From an uncultured Candidatus Saccharibacteria bacterium (GTDB lineage Bacteria; Patescibacteriota; Minisyncoccia; Phycocordibacterales; UBA5272), in the NCBI GenBank assembly GCA_964512315.1, contig CAZEIK010000002.1:45304-109303 (forward strand): DNA of 64,000 bases. Direction: 5' to 3'. The notes below the pieces were generated by a model. It had not been told where the DNA came from. It made no database searches and saw nothing but the letters and a program-made list of their open reading frames with translations. Shown here one piece after another: positions 27,906-36,273 of this stretch. Each line of letters opens with the position of its first letter. Position 1 is the first letter of the stretch. The translations under genes and the position numbers were made by a program.

Positions 27906-27936
27906 ACCCAGACGCTGTTTGTCTGGGTTTTTTGTT
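27906..27936 (+). terminator. rho-independent terminator closing the GC-rich island
   Basis: CCCAGAC-GCTGTTT-GTCTGGG followed by TTTTTTGTTT. Confidence 0.5.
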
Positions 27937-27983
27937 TATAAAAAATATTTACATTACTTATATTTGTTATACTTCATACTGTA

Positions 27984-28661
27984 ATGCAAGAAATTCAACC
28001 CAAACAACCAACAACACCAGATCAAAACTTTAAAGAAAGTATATCTGGTATTTGGGACGATGGTTCAAGGGACGCAAGAGAAAGCTCTAAAACAAAAAGC
28101 TTCCTTGGCGCTGCGGCATTGGGTATTTTGGCTGCAATATCTCCAAACAAACAAGCTGATGCTCATAATTTAGATACACAGTCCCAGAACACAACAACTA
28201 TAAGGGAGGGGGTAAGTGAAATGGTTGACGGATATAAAATATTTAATAATCTGTCAGATGCAGAAACAAAATATAATAACGCAGAAAAGGATATAAGATT
28301 TGAAGGTAAAAAGGGGTTCGTTTTCTATACACCAGCTGTGACAGGTGAGAATAGTGTTTATTTTGTTAAAAAAAGTAAACAGCCAGGGGTTCGTTTTGAA
28401 ATAGGCAAGCATGGCAAGAGGGTTGCCCTCATGCCGGATGAAAAATTGATGGATTTGCCACAAGACACTATAGTTCAAGCTGATATTGTTGGTGGCGTTG
28501 GTATTGTAATACTAGAAAAAGGTGCAGAAATGGTTGTTAAGAAATTTATAAGAGATGGCAAAGAGGTTTGGGATGTGGAGGAGGTCGCGGCCTGTAACAA
28601 TAAGATATACAAAATAAAGAAAATGTGCCCACCTTGCCCAACAGGACAACAGTGTAACTAA
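27984..28661 (+). CDS. hypothetical protein (host-like AT-rich composition)
   Basis: 225 aa. Weak N-proximal hydrophobic segment. C-terminal KKMCPPCPTGQQCN. Confidence 0.45.
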   Translation: MQEIQPKQPTTPDQNFKESISGIWDDGSRDARESSKTKSFLGAAALGILAAISPNKQADAHNLDTQSQNTTTIREGVSEMVDGYKIFNNLSDAETKYNNAEKDIRFEGKKGFVFYTPAVTGENSVYFVKKSKQPGVRFEIGKHGKRVALMPDEKLMDLPQDTIVQADIVGGVGIVILEKGAEMVVKKFIRDGKEVWDVEEVAACNNKIYKIKKMCPPCPTGQQCN

Positions 28662-28670
28662 CTTGACATC

Positions 28671-31232
28671 TTGTCAAATATAGATTATAATATGAAAACC
28701 CTAAAAAGTGTAATAAATAAAGGAAATATGAAAAAAATATTATTTAGTTTAATTGGTTTCTCGATGCTTGTTTCTGGGTTTTCTTTTGTAGTGTTTGCCC
28801 AGGATTGTTCTGATTGTGGATATAACTACACCGACGAATATAATGGACCTGGTTATAATTACGGATACAACTATACCGACGAGTATCAAGGGCCAGGGTA
28901 TAATTATAATTTTAATAATTCGTGGGATACAAATACGCAAATAAATTGTACTTCTTGTGGTTTGAATTACAACTATACCGATGAATATCAAGGACCAGGT
29001 GGTTACGGATATAATTTTACAGACAGTTACCCTGCACCAACAACACCAACTAATACTGGGGGGATATATGTTGGTGACTGTAGTTATACTAACGATTGCT
29101 ACACACCACAGACTACAACATATGTACCGACATATACGAACACTACTACATATGTTCCTACTTATACCAATACATATGTTCCGGTATATACAAACGGTAG
29201 TACATATTATGGTACTTATTACACCCAACCTACTTACACCAATACTTATAATCCTGTATACACGACATGTCCTTCGAATGCTTACTGTCCACCAACAACA
29301 ACGCCAGCTCCTGTATACCGCGTTCCAACCAACTCATATCCACCTTCTACAGTAACAACACCTAGCAATAATTCTAGCTATTGGAATTATAACTACAACA
29401 GTACGACCAACACTAACACAACAACTAATACTAATAATAGTGTTACATACGGTCCAGCTTACACTTATACAAATAACACTTGCGCAGGAACAAATAACTG
29501 TAATACAACAGTTAACAACACAACTAACACAACAAATACAACAGGAAGCAATAATGTAAATTATTATTATGGTAACACCACAAACCCAACGCCTGTATGT
29601 ACCAATGGTGCGACCAATTATCCAGGATGTACAATATGTCCAACAGGTCTTGTTTACAGTAATGGTTATTGTATAACTAACATTACTACTAATAACTGTC
29701 CTACTAATTACTATTGGAATGGAACAAGTTGTGTACCACAAACTAGAACATGTCCGAATGGAACAGTGGTGAGTATATGGGATGTTTGTCCAAATCAAAC
29801 ACAAACATGTTGGAATGGAACAGTTATACCAGTATCGTCAGTATGTCCTTCTCAATACAAAACATGTCCAAACGGAACAGTGGTACTAATAAGCCAGCAA
29901 TGTTACAAGACATGTTCTAATGGAACAACGGTACCTGACACACAAGTGTGTTACAGAGTGTGTCCAAATGGGCAATCTATACCGGAGACACAATATTGTC
30001 CATCGTATAACAATTATCCAACAGTAGACATTAACGCTAACCCGAGCGTGATAAGCCGTGGAGGTAGCACAACATTAACTTGGACAAGTCAGAACGCTTC
30101 ATACTGTACTGCATCTAATGGCTGGTCAGGAAGTGTTAACCTGTCAGGATCAACACAGAGAGTGAATGTCTTAGATGCTACAACTTATTCTATTAGATGT
30201 TGTAACTCTCAGAATCAATGTGCAACAGACAGCACAACAGTGAATGTTACTCAGCCATTACCAACATCACATCGCGTGGTAACAACATCAGCAACAGGCA
30301 TAACAAATACTAGTGCTCGTTGTAATGGTGTTGGAATTATTTCAAACGGAGTTGTATCTAACGGATGGTTCGAGTACGGTGAGACCACATCGCTAGGCAA
30401 AGTAACTAACAGTGCCTCAATCGGCAATCAACCATCTTCACCTTTCTCTAACACTATTAATAACTTAAAACCAAATACTACATATTATTGTAGAGCGGTA
30501 ATGAGTAATGCTAATGGTACATATAGAGGTGAGATAGTCTCGTTCAAGACAACTGGTTCAGTTATTAACTATGTGCCAGTAACGCCAACAAAAACTCCAA
30601 ACAAAACAGTCGTTGTTTGTACTGACGAAACAGGAACAAAAGAGACTTTAAAAGAAGGAGAGAAGTTGATGACTATAACTTTAGACAAAAGATCAGGTAA
30701 CACAACACCGGGATCTACGGTTGATTATCGTGTGCATTATCTGAACACAAGTAAGATCAAGTTAAGTAATGCAACGGTCAAAGTTGTAATACCTAGCGAG
30801 ATGGAGTTCGTATCTAGTAATCGTGGTATGTATGATGCAGACACAAGAACTGTAACAGCAGACCTAGGCACTGTGGGTGCTGGATCCTCAGATGACTTGA
30901 TCGTCAGAGTAAAAGTTAAAGATAATGCCGAGACTAACAAGTCAGCAGTAATGAGTAGCTATATTTCATACGACGCATTAGACCAAAAAGGCCAAACAAT
31001 TCGTGATGAGAACACTTCTTATGTAATCAGCACAATAACCAAAGCTGAGCAGAATAATAATGTTTCAAATACAGACAATAATAATTCTGCACAAAAATCA
31101 ACACAAACAGATAGATCGTATTTGCCTAATACAGTTCTAGAGTGGCTAGCAATAATCGCATTAATATTCGTTCTGATTGTCTTAGGTAAGGCAATCTGGA
31201 CAGGATTAAAAGGCGAGGAGCACAGTCACTAG
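28671..31232 (+). CDS. large repetitive Cys/Asn/Thr/Tyr-rich cell-surface protein with FN3-like and DUF11-like domains and a C-terminal membrane anchor
   Basis: Signal or TM at the N-terminus. Tandem NYTDEYQGPG repeats, TYVPTYTNT repeats and at least 5 C-P-N-G-T-V-V...C repeats. WFEYGETTSLG...TTYYCRA (fibronectin-III-like) and DYRVHYLNTS...TVKVVIP (DUF11-like). C-terminal hydrophobic helix LAIIALIFVLIVLG. Confidence 0.7.
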   Translation: MSNIDYNMKTLKSVINKGNMKKILFSLIGFSMLVSGFSFVVFAQDCSDCGYNYTDEYNGPGYNYGYNYTDEYQGPGYNYNFNNSWDTNTQINCTSCGLNYNYTDEYQGPGGYGYNFTDSYPAPTTPTNTGGIYVGDCSYTNDCYTPQTTTYVPTYTNTTTYVPTYTNTYVPVYTNGSTYYGTYYTQPTYTNTYNPVYTTCPSNAYCPPTTTPAPVYRVPTNSYPPSTVTTPSNNSSYWNYNYNSTTNTNTTTNTNNSVTYGPAYTYTNNTCAGTNNCNTTVNNTTNTTNTTGSNNVNYYYGNTTNPTPVCTNGATNYPGCTICPTGLVYSNGYCITNITTNNCPTNYYWNGTSCVPQTRTCPNGTVVSIWDVCPNQTQTCWNGTVIPVSSVCPSQYKTCPNGTVVLISQQCYKTCSNGTTVPDTQVCYRVCPNGQSIPETQYCPSYNNYPTVDINANPSVISRGGSTTLTWTSQNASYCTASNGWSGSVNLSGSTQRVNVLDATTYSIRCCNSQNQCATDSTTVNVTQPLPTSHRVVTTSATGITNTSARCNGVGIISNGVVSNGWFEYGETTSLGKVTNSASIGNQPSSPFSNTINNLKPNTTYYCRAVMSNANGTYRGEIVSFKTTGSVINYVPVTPTKTPNKTVVVCTDETGTKETLKEGEKLMTITLDKRSGNTTPGSTVDYRVHYLNTSKIKLSNATVKVVIPSEMEFVSSNRGMYDADTRTVTADLGTVGAGSSDDLIVRVKVKDNAETNKSAVMSSYISYDALDQKGQTIRDENTSYVISTITKAEQNNNVSNTDNNNSAQKSTQTDRSYLPNTVLEWLAIIALIFVLIVLGKAIWTGLKGEEHSH

Positions 31233-31269
31233 ACTAAAAACTTCAACAACAAAGCCTTAGAATAGTAAC

Positions 31270-31302
31270 AAAAGGCGGCCCGCGAAGCGGGCCGCCTTTT
31301 GT
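31270..31302 (+). terminator. rho-independent terminator (hairpin GGCGGCCCGC-GAA-GCGGGCCGCC)
   Basis: Perfect 10-bp GC stem flanked by an A-run and a T-run. The same core hairpin recurs at 50542. Confidence 0.6.
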
Positions 31303-31316
31303 GTTAAAATACTAAT

Positions 31317-31757
31317 ATGAAATTAAAAGGTGTAAAACTAGAACACTTGGATCAGGTTGCAGCAGCGTTGATTGAGAGCTTGGGTGACAACAAGGATGGA
31401 TCGGTTGTATACCTTTCCGGTGACCTGGGTGCCGGCAAGACAACACTTGTGAAGTCTGTTGCTAAGCTACTAGGTGTTACTGACTCAGTTCAGAGTCCTA
31501 CTTTTGTTTTTATGCGTGAATACAAAACCAAAGATAAAAGTTTTAAAAATCTTTATCACGTGGACGCTTATAGATTTGAACAAAAAGAAGACGGTAGCAT
31601 ATTAAAATTGGACTCCTTAAAAAAGAAAGGTAACTTAGTTATTATTGAATGGCCAGAAAAGATGCACAGTCCAGAAGCTTCCATTGCTTTACATATTAAA
31701 CACAAGAATGAAAATGAGAGAGATATAGAAATAAAAGACAATGCTAAGAAAAAATAA
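31317..31757 (+). CDS. tsaE: tRNA threonylcarbamoyladenosine biosynthesis protein TsaE
   Basis: P-loop VYLSGDLGAGKTTLVK followed by SPTFVFMREY, the TsaE/YjeE signature. Confidence 0.85.
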   Translation: MKLKGVKLEHLDQVAAALIESLGDNKDGSVVYLSGDLGAGKTTLVKSVAKLLGVTDSVQSPTFVFMREYKTKDKSFKNLYHVDAYRFEQKEDGSILKLDSLKKKGNLVIIEWPEKMHSPEASIALHIKHKNENERDIEIKDNAKKK

Positions 31758-34086
31758 AAAAAGGGTAATATTGATAGACTCTCACGCGTTACTTCATCGT
31801 GCCTATCACGCGATGGCCGGCTTCTCAACTAGAGACGGCAGACCAACGGGGGCAATTTTTGGTTTCGTTAGGATGATATTTAATGGAGTCAAAGACATAG
31901 ATCCACAACACGTGATAGCTTGTTATGATTTGCCTAAGCCAACCTTTAGACATATTGCTTATGAGAATTATAAAGGCACAAGACAGAAGATTGATGACGA
32001 CTTAAAAGTTCAGATCAAAGAGAGTAAAAAGTTCTGCCAAGCCCTCGGTATACCAATAGTCGAATGTGAAGGGTTTGAAGCTGACGACCTGTTGGGTACA
32101 TTGTCTAGAAAGTTCGACCCAAAAGAATTCGATGTTGTTATTGTCTCTGGCGACATGGATGTTATGCAGTTGATAAACAAGAATGTTTTTGTGTATACAA
32201 TGAAAAAGGGTAACGAGACGGCCTTTTTTGATGAGGAGGCGGTAGTTGGTAAGTATGGGATTAAGCCAAGTCAAATACCTGACTACAAGGGGTTGGCTGG
32301 GGATGCAGGAGATAACATCGTGGGCGTGGACGGAATAGGTGATAAGACGGCGGTTAAGTTAATAAATACATTTGATAGTATTGAGAACCTTTACAAACAA
32401 ATAGAAAAAAATGAAGAGAAGGTCTTGGAAGTAATCAGTCCTAGAATATTAGAAAAGCTGAAAGCCGGCAAAGAGGAGGCGGAGTTCTCTAAGACATTAG
32501 CCACCATTAGAATTGATGCGCCGGTCGAAGAAGATGTTAAACATATTTGGCCGAATGGCGCAGACATTGTAACTTATCAAAAGCTTTGTGATGAGTATGA
32601 ATTAAGGAGTCTGCGTAATTATTTTGACTATTTAGATATGGAAAAGGAGGGCCAAATGCTTGACCAAAAGTTAGACAAGTCAGCAGTCTTAAATGAGTCG
32701 CAAATGAATGAGCTTTGGAGTATGGCGGCGCTACTTAACTCAGAACAATTAAAACCAACATTTGAAGAGATTAAGACAGCTTACTCTTTGGATGGTAACT
32801 TTGATATGGTTAAGATTGGTCTCTTGAGTAAAATAAAAGAAGAAGGTCTCCTGGATTACTATTCTCAAATAGAAAAACCAATACTAGAAATAGTCAAACA
32901 CATGAAGTCCTCGGGCATGCTGATTAATAGAAAGGCTTTGACTGACGCGTTAGAAACTTTTTCTAAAAAGATAAAAGAAAAAGAAAAGACTATACACTCG
33001 CTAGCCGGCAAAGAGTTCTTAATATCTAGTCCAAAGCAATTAGGTGAGGTGTTGTACGATGATCTGGGCTTAGGGCAAAAAATAAAGAAGACAGCAACTG
33101 GCAAGCGAAGCACAAATGTTGAGATGCTTAACACTCTCAAAGATGAACACCCGATAGTAAGTGAAATACTCGTCTGGAGAGAGCTGACCAAATTATATGG
33201 CACATATCTCGAGCCTCTTGCTGGGTTTATAGGAGAAGATGGCAGAATACATCCGCACTTTATACCAGCTGGTGCTGCTACTGGAAGATTTAGTTGTGAG
33301 AATCCGAACATGCAGAACCTGCCAATTAAGAGCGAATATTCTGAGTCAATACGTAATATATTTGTCTCAGAGTGGGGGTATAGGTTACTCTCCTTAGATT
33401 ATTCTCAGGTTGATTTGCGTAGTGCAGCGATACTTTCGGGAGATGAGCAGTTAATAGATATTTTTAAAAGAAATCAAGACATTCATCTTGGTGTTGCTGC
33501 GAGGACTTTACACAAAAGCGAAGAAGAGGTAACGAAAGAAGAAAGGCGCAAAGCTAAAGCTATTAACTTTGGGATACTTTACGGTATGGGGGTTAGTTCT
33601 CTCAAGGAGTCGATGGGTGTCGATAGGCTAGAGGCTCAGGAGTTCTATGATACATACAAGAGCACCTTTGTAACCTTGATGGAGTATTTGGAAAAGGTTA
33701 AGTCGGAAGCCACAAAGCTTGGCTACACCAAGACCCTTTTCGGTAGACCAAGGCATATACCATTATTGCGATCTAAGATGCCCTTTATGCGAGCTCAAGG
33801 GGAGCGCATAGCAATTAACGCTCCAATACAAGGCACGTCAGCGGACATCATAAAACTCGGCATGATAGATGTCTGGAATGAGTTATCTAAATATTTTGAA
33901 AATGGAACACTTAAAATGCAATTACAGATTCATGACGAGTTGGTGTTCGAGGTTAAGGACGAAGTGGCCGATGAGTTAGGTCTGAAAATCAAAAGCATTA
34001 TGGAAAATGTTTTAGAAAAAAGGGATATCAAAAATGTGCCGCTTGTTGTTAGCTTGGATGTTGGTGATACACTAGGACAGATATGA
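31741..34086 (+). CDS. polA: DNA polymerase I (5'-3' exonuclease plus polymerase domains; short form)
   Basis: N-terminal 5' nuclease (VILIDSHALLHRAYHA, GVDGIGDKTA). Polymerase motifs RRKAKAINFGILYG and QIHDELVFE. At 781 aa the 3'-5' exonuclease domain is probably reduced. Confidence 0.9.
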   Translation: MLRKNKKRVILIDSHALLHRAYHAMAGFSTRDGRPTGAIFGFVRMIFNGVKDIDPQHVIACYDLPKPTFRHIAYENYKGTRQKIDDDLKVQIKESKKFCQALGIPIVECEGFEADDLLGTLSRKFDPKEFDVVIVSGDMDVMQLINKNVFVYTMKKGNETAFFDEEAVVGKYGIKPSQIPDYKGLAGDAGDNIVGVDGIGDKTAVKLINTFDSIENLYKQIEKNEEKVLEVISPRILEKLKAGKEEAEFSKTLATIRIDAPVEEDVKHIWPNGADIVTYQKLCDEYELRSLRNYFDYLDMEKEGQMLDQKLDKSAVLNESQMNELWSMAALLNSEQLKPTFEEIKTAYSLDGNFDMVKIGLLSKIKEEGLLDYYSQIEKPILEIVKHMKSSGMLINRKALTDALETFSKKIKEKEKTIHSLAGKEFLISSPKQLGEVLYDDLGLGQKIKKTATGKRSTNVEMLNTLKDEHPIVSEILVWRELTKLYGTYLEPLAGFIGEDGRIHPHFIPAGAATGRFSCENPNMQNLPIKSEYSESIRNIFVSEWGYRLLSLDYSQVDLRSAAILSGDEQLIDIFKRNQDIHLGVAARTLHKSEEEVTKEERRKAKAINFGILYGMGVSSLKESMGVDRLEAQEFYDTYKSTFVTLMEYLEKVKSEATKLGYTKTLFGRPRHIPLLRSKMPFMRAQGERIAINAPIQGTSADIIKLGMIDVWNELSKYFENGTLKMQLQIHDELVFEVKDEVADELGLKIKSIMENVLEKRDIKNVPLVVSLDVGDTLGQI

Positions 34087-34649
34087 TTTATTTACGCGTA
34101 GGCACAGATGCTAACATTAGGAAAAGGGGTGACGAACTCTTTTCTCACACCACACGTGTTTTGCGTAAGGAAGAGATAGAGAGTCTTAGGCAATATCTCT
34201 CAGCTGACATGTTCGGCAACAAAGAGGTGATTAGAATAGAAGATTGGCAAGGAGAAAAAGAAAGAGAGTTTTTATACGAACATTTGGAAGATATAAAAAA
34301 GTCGGAGAATATATTTTTGATAGACGAGATGAGCATGTTGGCGCCAACTTTTAAAAAGCTTTCAGGATTTGCAGATAAGGTTTTTGATGCAAGAGAAGAA
34401 GAGAAAGACGGAGACCCCTTTAAGCTCGTTAACTATATAAATAAAAAAGATAAACGTAACGCCTGGATAGAGTTCACAAAAGTTAAGAATCAAATACCAG
34501 CCGAAGAGTTACAAGGGGCTTTGTTCTGGAAAATGAAAACAATTAGCGACAAGTCGGCGATGTTCGATCTTATAAAAGCTAGATATGAGACACATGAGGG
34601 TGTTGCGGATTTGTATGATGAAATAGAAAAACTTATACTAAGAATATGA
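34083..34649 (+). CDS. hypothetical protein
   Basis: 188-aa charged soluble ORF translationally coupled to polA. No P-loop, so it is not coaE. Confidence 0.4.
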   Translation: MIYLRVGTDANIRKRGDELFSHTTRVLRKEEIESLRQYLSADMFGNKEVIRIEDWQGEKEREFLYEHLEDIKKSENIFLIDEMSMLAPTFKKLSGFADKVFDAREEEKDGDPFKLVNYINKKDKRNAWIEFTKVKNQIPAEELQGALFWKMKTISDKSAMFDLIKARYETHEGVADLYDEIEKLILRI

Positions 34650-34843
34650 AATACCTCTTATACATTTTTGTTGGGTTCTGGGCTCTATGGATATTGTGGT
34701 ATCTAACTGGTGGGCCGTTGCGTGACGATAAGACTAAAATGTTCGTGACACCAACTGAGAACGGTGTTGAATACACTGGATCTGTAAAAGATTTGAATCA
34801 ACAGGGGTTAGACAGTATAAATAATTTTATAAACAAAAACTAA
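34646..34843 (+). CDS. small membrane protein (hypothetical)
   Basis: 65 aa with one TM helix (LLYIFVGFWALWILWYL). Confidence 0.3.
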   Translation: MKYLLYIFVGFWALWILWYLTGGPLRDDKTKMFVTPTENGVEYTGSVKDLNQQGLDSINNFINKN

Positions 34844-34880
34844 AAAGCGGTTTTGATTTTCTTAACGTTTTTGTATTTTT

Positions 34881-34950
34881 AGCAGGATTCGGTCACAAAA
34901 CATATTCCGCTGACACTACATTGTTTCGCGACCCCGTATTCGAATCCTGA
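34881..34950 (-). repeat. conserved tRNA-associated element, copy A (ends in a copy of the tRNA-Lys T-arm)
   Basis: Shares TCGAATACGGGGTCGCGAAA and ATATGTTTTGTGACCGAATCCT (tRNA sense) with the copies at 43448-43521 and 38537-38581. Terminal 11 nt are identical to tRNA-Lys 35008-35018. Confidence 0.6.
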
Positions 34951-35000
34951 CAAAAGACGCCCTGGCGTCTTTCTCTGTGTTCACAATTTTTACAAAATTG

Positions 35001-35073
35001 TGCCCCCAGCAGGATTCGAACCTGCGACCATCTGCTTAAAAGGCAGTTGCTCTACCGACTGAGCTATAGGGGC
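35001..35073 (-). tRNA. tRNA-Lys (anticodon UUU)
   Basis: Cloverleaf GCCCCTATAGCTCAGTCGGTAGAGCAACTGCCTTTTAAGCAGATGGTCGCAGGTTCGAATCCTGCTGGGGGCA. Anticodon loop CTTTTAA. Confidence 0.85.
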
Positions 35074-35357
35074 GATTGCGATATATTATCATGTTTTTCG
35101 GTATTTGTCATTTCTGATTTGACAAACACTTAATAAGGAGTAGAATTTTGTTAGGAGCTGCGGACGAGGAGGAGACCCCGCCACGTTTACGGCTTGTTAC
35201 TCGGCCTCAATTGCGACACTGTTGATTCAAAAAACCTCTCGCAGAGCAGACGCAGAGGAGTCAAAACTAACTATGGATTACGTTGAGCAACACTGCTGAG
35301 AACCCAGCCGACCCGAGAGTCGGCTGGCCACAACCCGGACCATCAGGCCCGGTGTTT

Positions 35358-36271
35358 TTATTTCTGGCAATTGGGGCAGAATACTGTAGTGCGGCCAGAT
35401 ATAATCATTTTTTCTAAAACACTTCTACATCTCACACATTTTTCTCCAGCTCGGCCGTACACTTTGTGTTCACGTGCAAAGTTACCACGACTGCCATCAG
35501 CTAGTAGATAGTCCGATATAGAAGATCCGCCTAGGTCTATTGCTCGCTGAAGTATTGAGATTATATTTTTATAAATAAGAGATATCTCTTGCTTACTCAA
35601 TGTCTTACAATTCCTATCGGGCCTAACCTTAGAAGCAAAACATACTTCATCTGCATATATATTGCCACACCCAACCACAACAGACTGCTCGAGTAGCACC
35701 GTCTTAATGGCTTTGTTTTTTTTAAAATATTTTCTTTAAAGTGGTCTAAAGTAAAGTTTGCGTCAAATGGTTCGAGGCCTATTTTATCGAAATGTTTTTG
35801 GCTTATTGCTTCTTGCTCACTTTTGTAATGCAAGACATAGCCGAATTGTCTGACGTCATTGTAGTATAAGTTGCCACGGTCTAACTCGAATATTATGTGA
35901 GTATGCTTGTGGGGCAGTGGCTGCCTGTACGACTCCTCTATCGGGTGGCCACCAGTCACTATGTCATTTTTGGTTTTGTTATTGGTTTCGTCTACGTAAA
36001 CAAGTTGCCCGGTCATTTTTAAATGAATTAGAACAACATCACCTTCTGTTGTTTTTATTATTAAGTTTTTGGCACGACGAGAAACAGAGTCTATGGTTTT
36101 ACCTTCTAAAAGTTCTTCAAAGTTTGTGGCTTTTATGTTGCTTGCCTTTCTGATTGTTCCAGATCCTGATACTATTTTTTTATTTTTTACAGTGACTTTT
36201 CTGATGATTCTCTTTTTAAGAACTTTGTCTAAACCTTTTCTTAGTGACTCTACTTCAGGTAGTTCCGGCAT
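35358..36271 (-). pseudogene. mutM: formamidopyrimidine-DNA glycosylase (mutM/fpg) interrupted by a frameshift
   Basis: ORF 35597-36271 gives the MPELPEVE... N-terminal half. ORF 35358-35699 in another frame gives the H2TH and zinc-finger half (GNIYADE...CxxC...CPNCQ). The frames switch near a T8/A8 homopolymer at about 35708-35720. Confidence 0.75.
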
Positions 36272-36273
36272 GT

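Noticed and set aside
31130-31160. LPxTG sortase signal at the C-terminus of the 853-aa surface protein (LPNTV)
   Set aside because: Position 5 is Val rather than Gly and the tail after the hydrophobic helix is not basic. It is treated as a plain C-terminal membrane anchor.
34881-34950. Possibility that the tRNA-adjacent elements are themselves additional tRNA genes or tRNA pseudogenes
   Set aside because: Only the T-loop and 3' acceptor strand are present. There is no complementary 5' acceptor or T-stem strand and no D or anticodon arm, so they cannot fold as tRNAs. They are reported as repeats.
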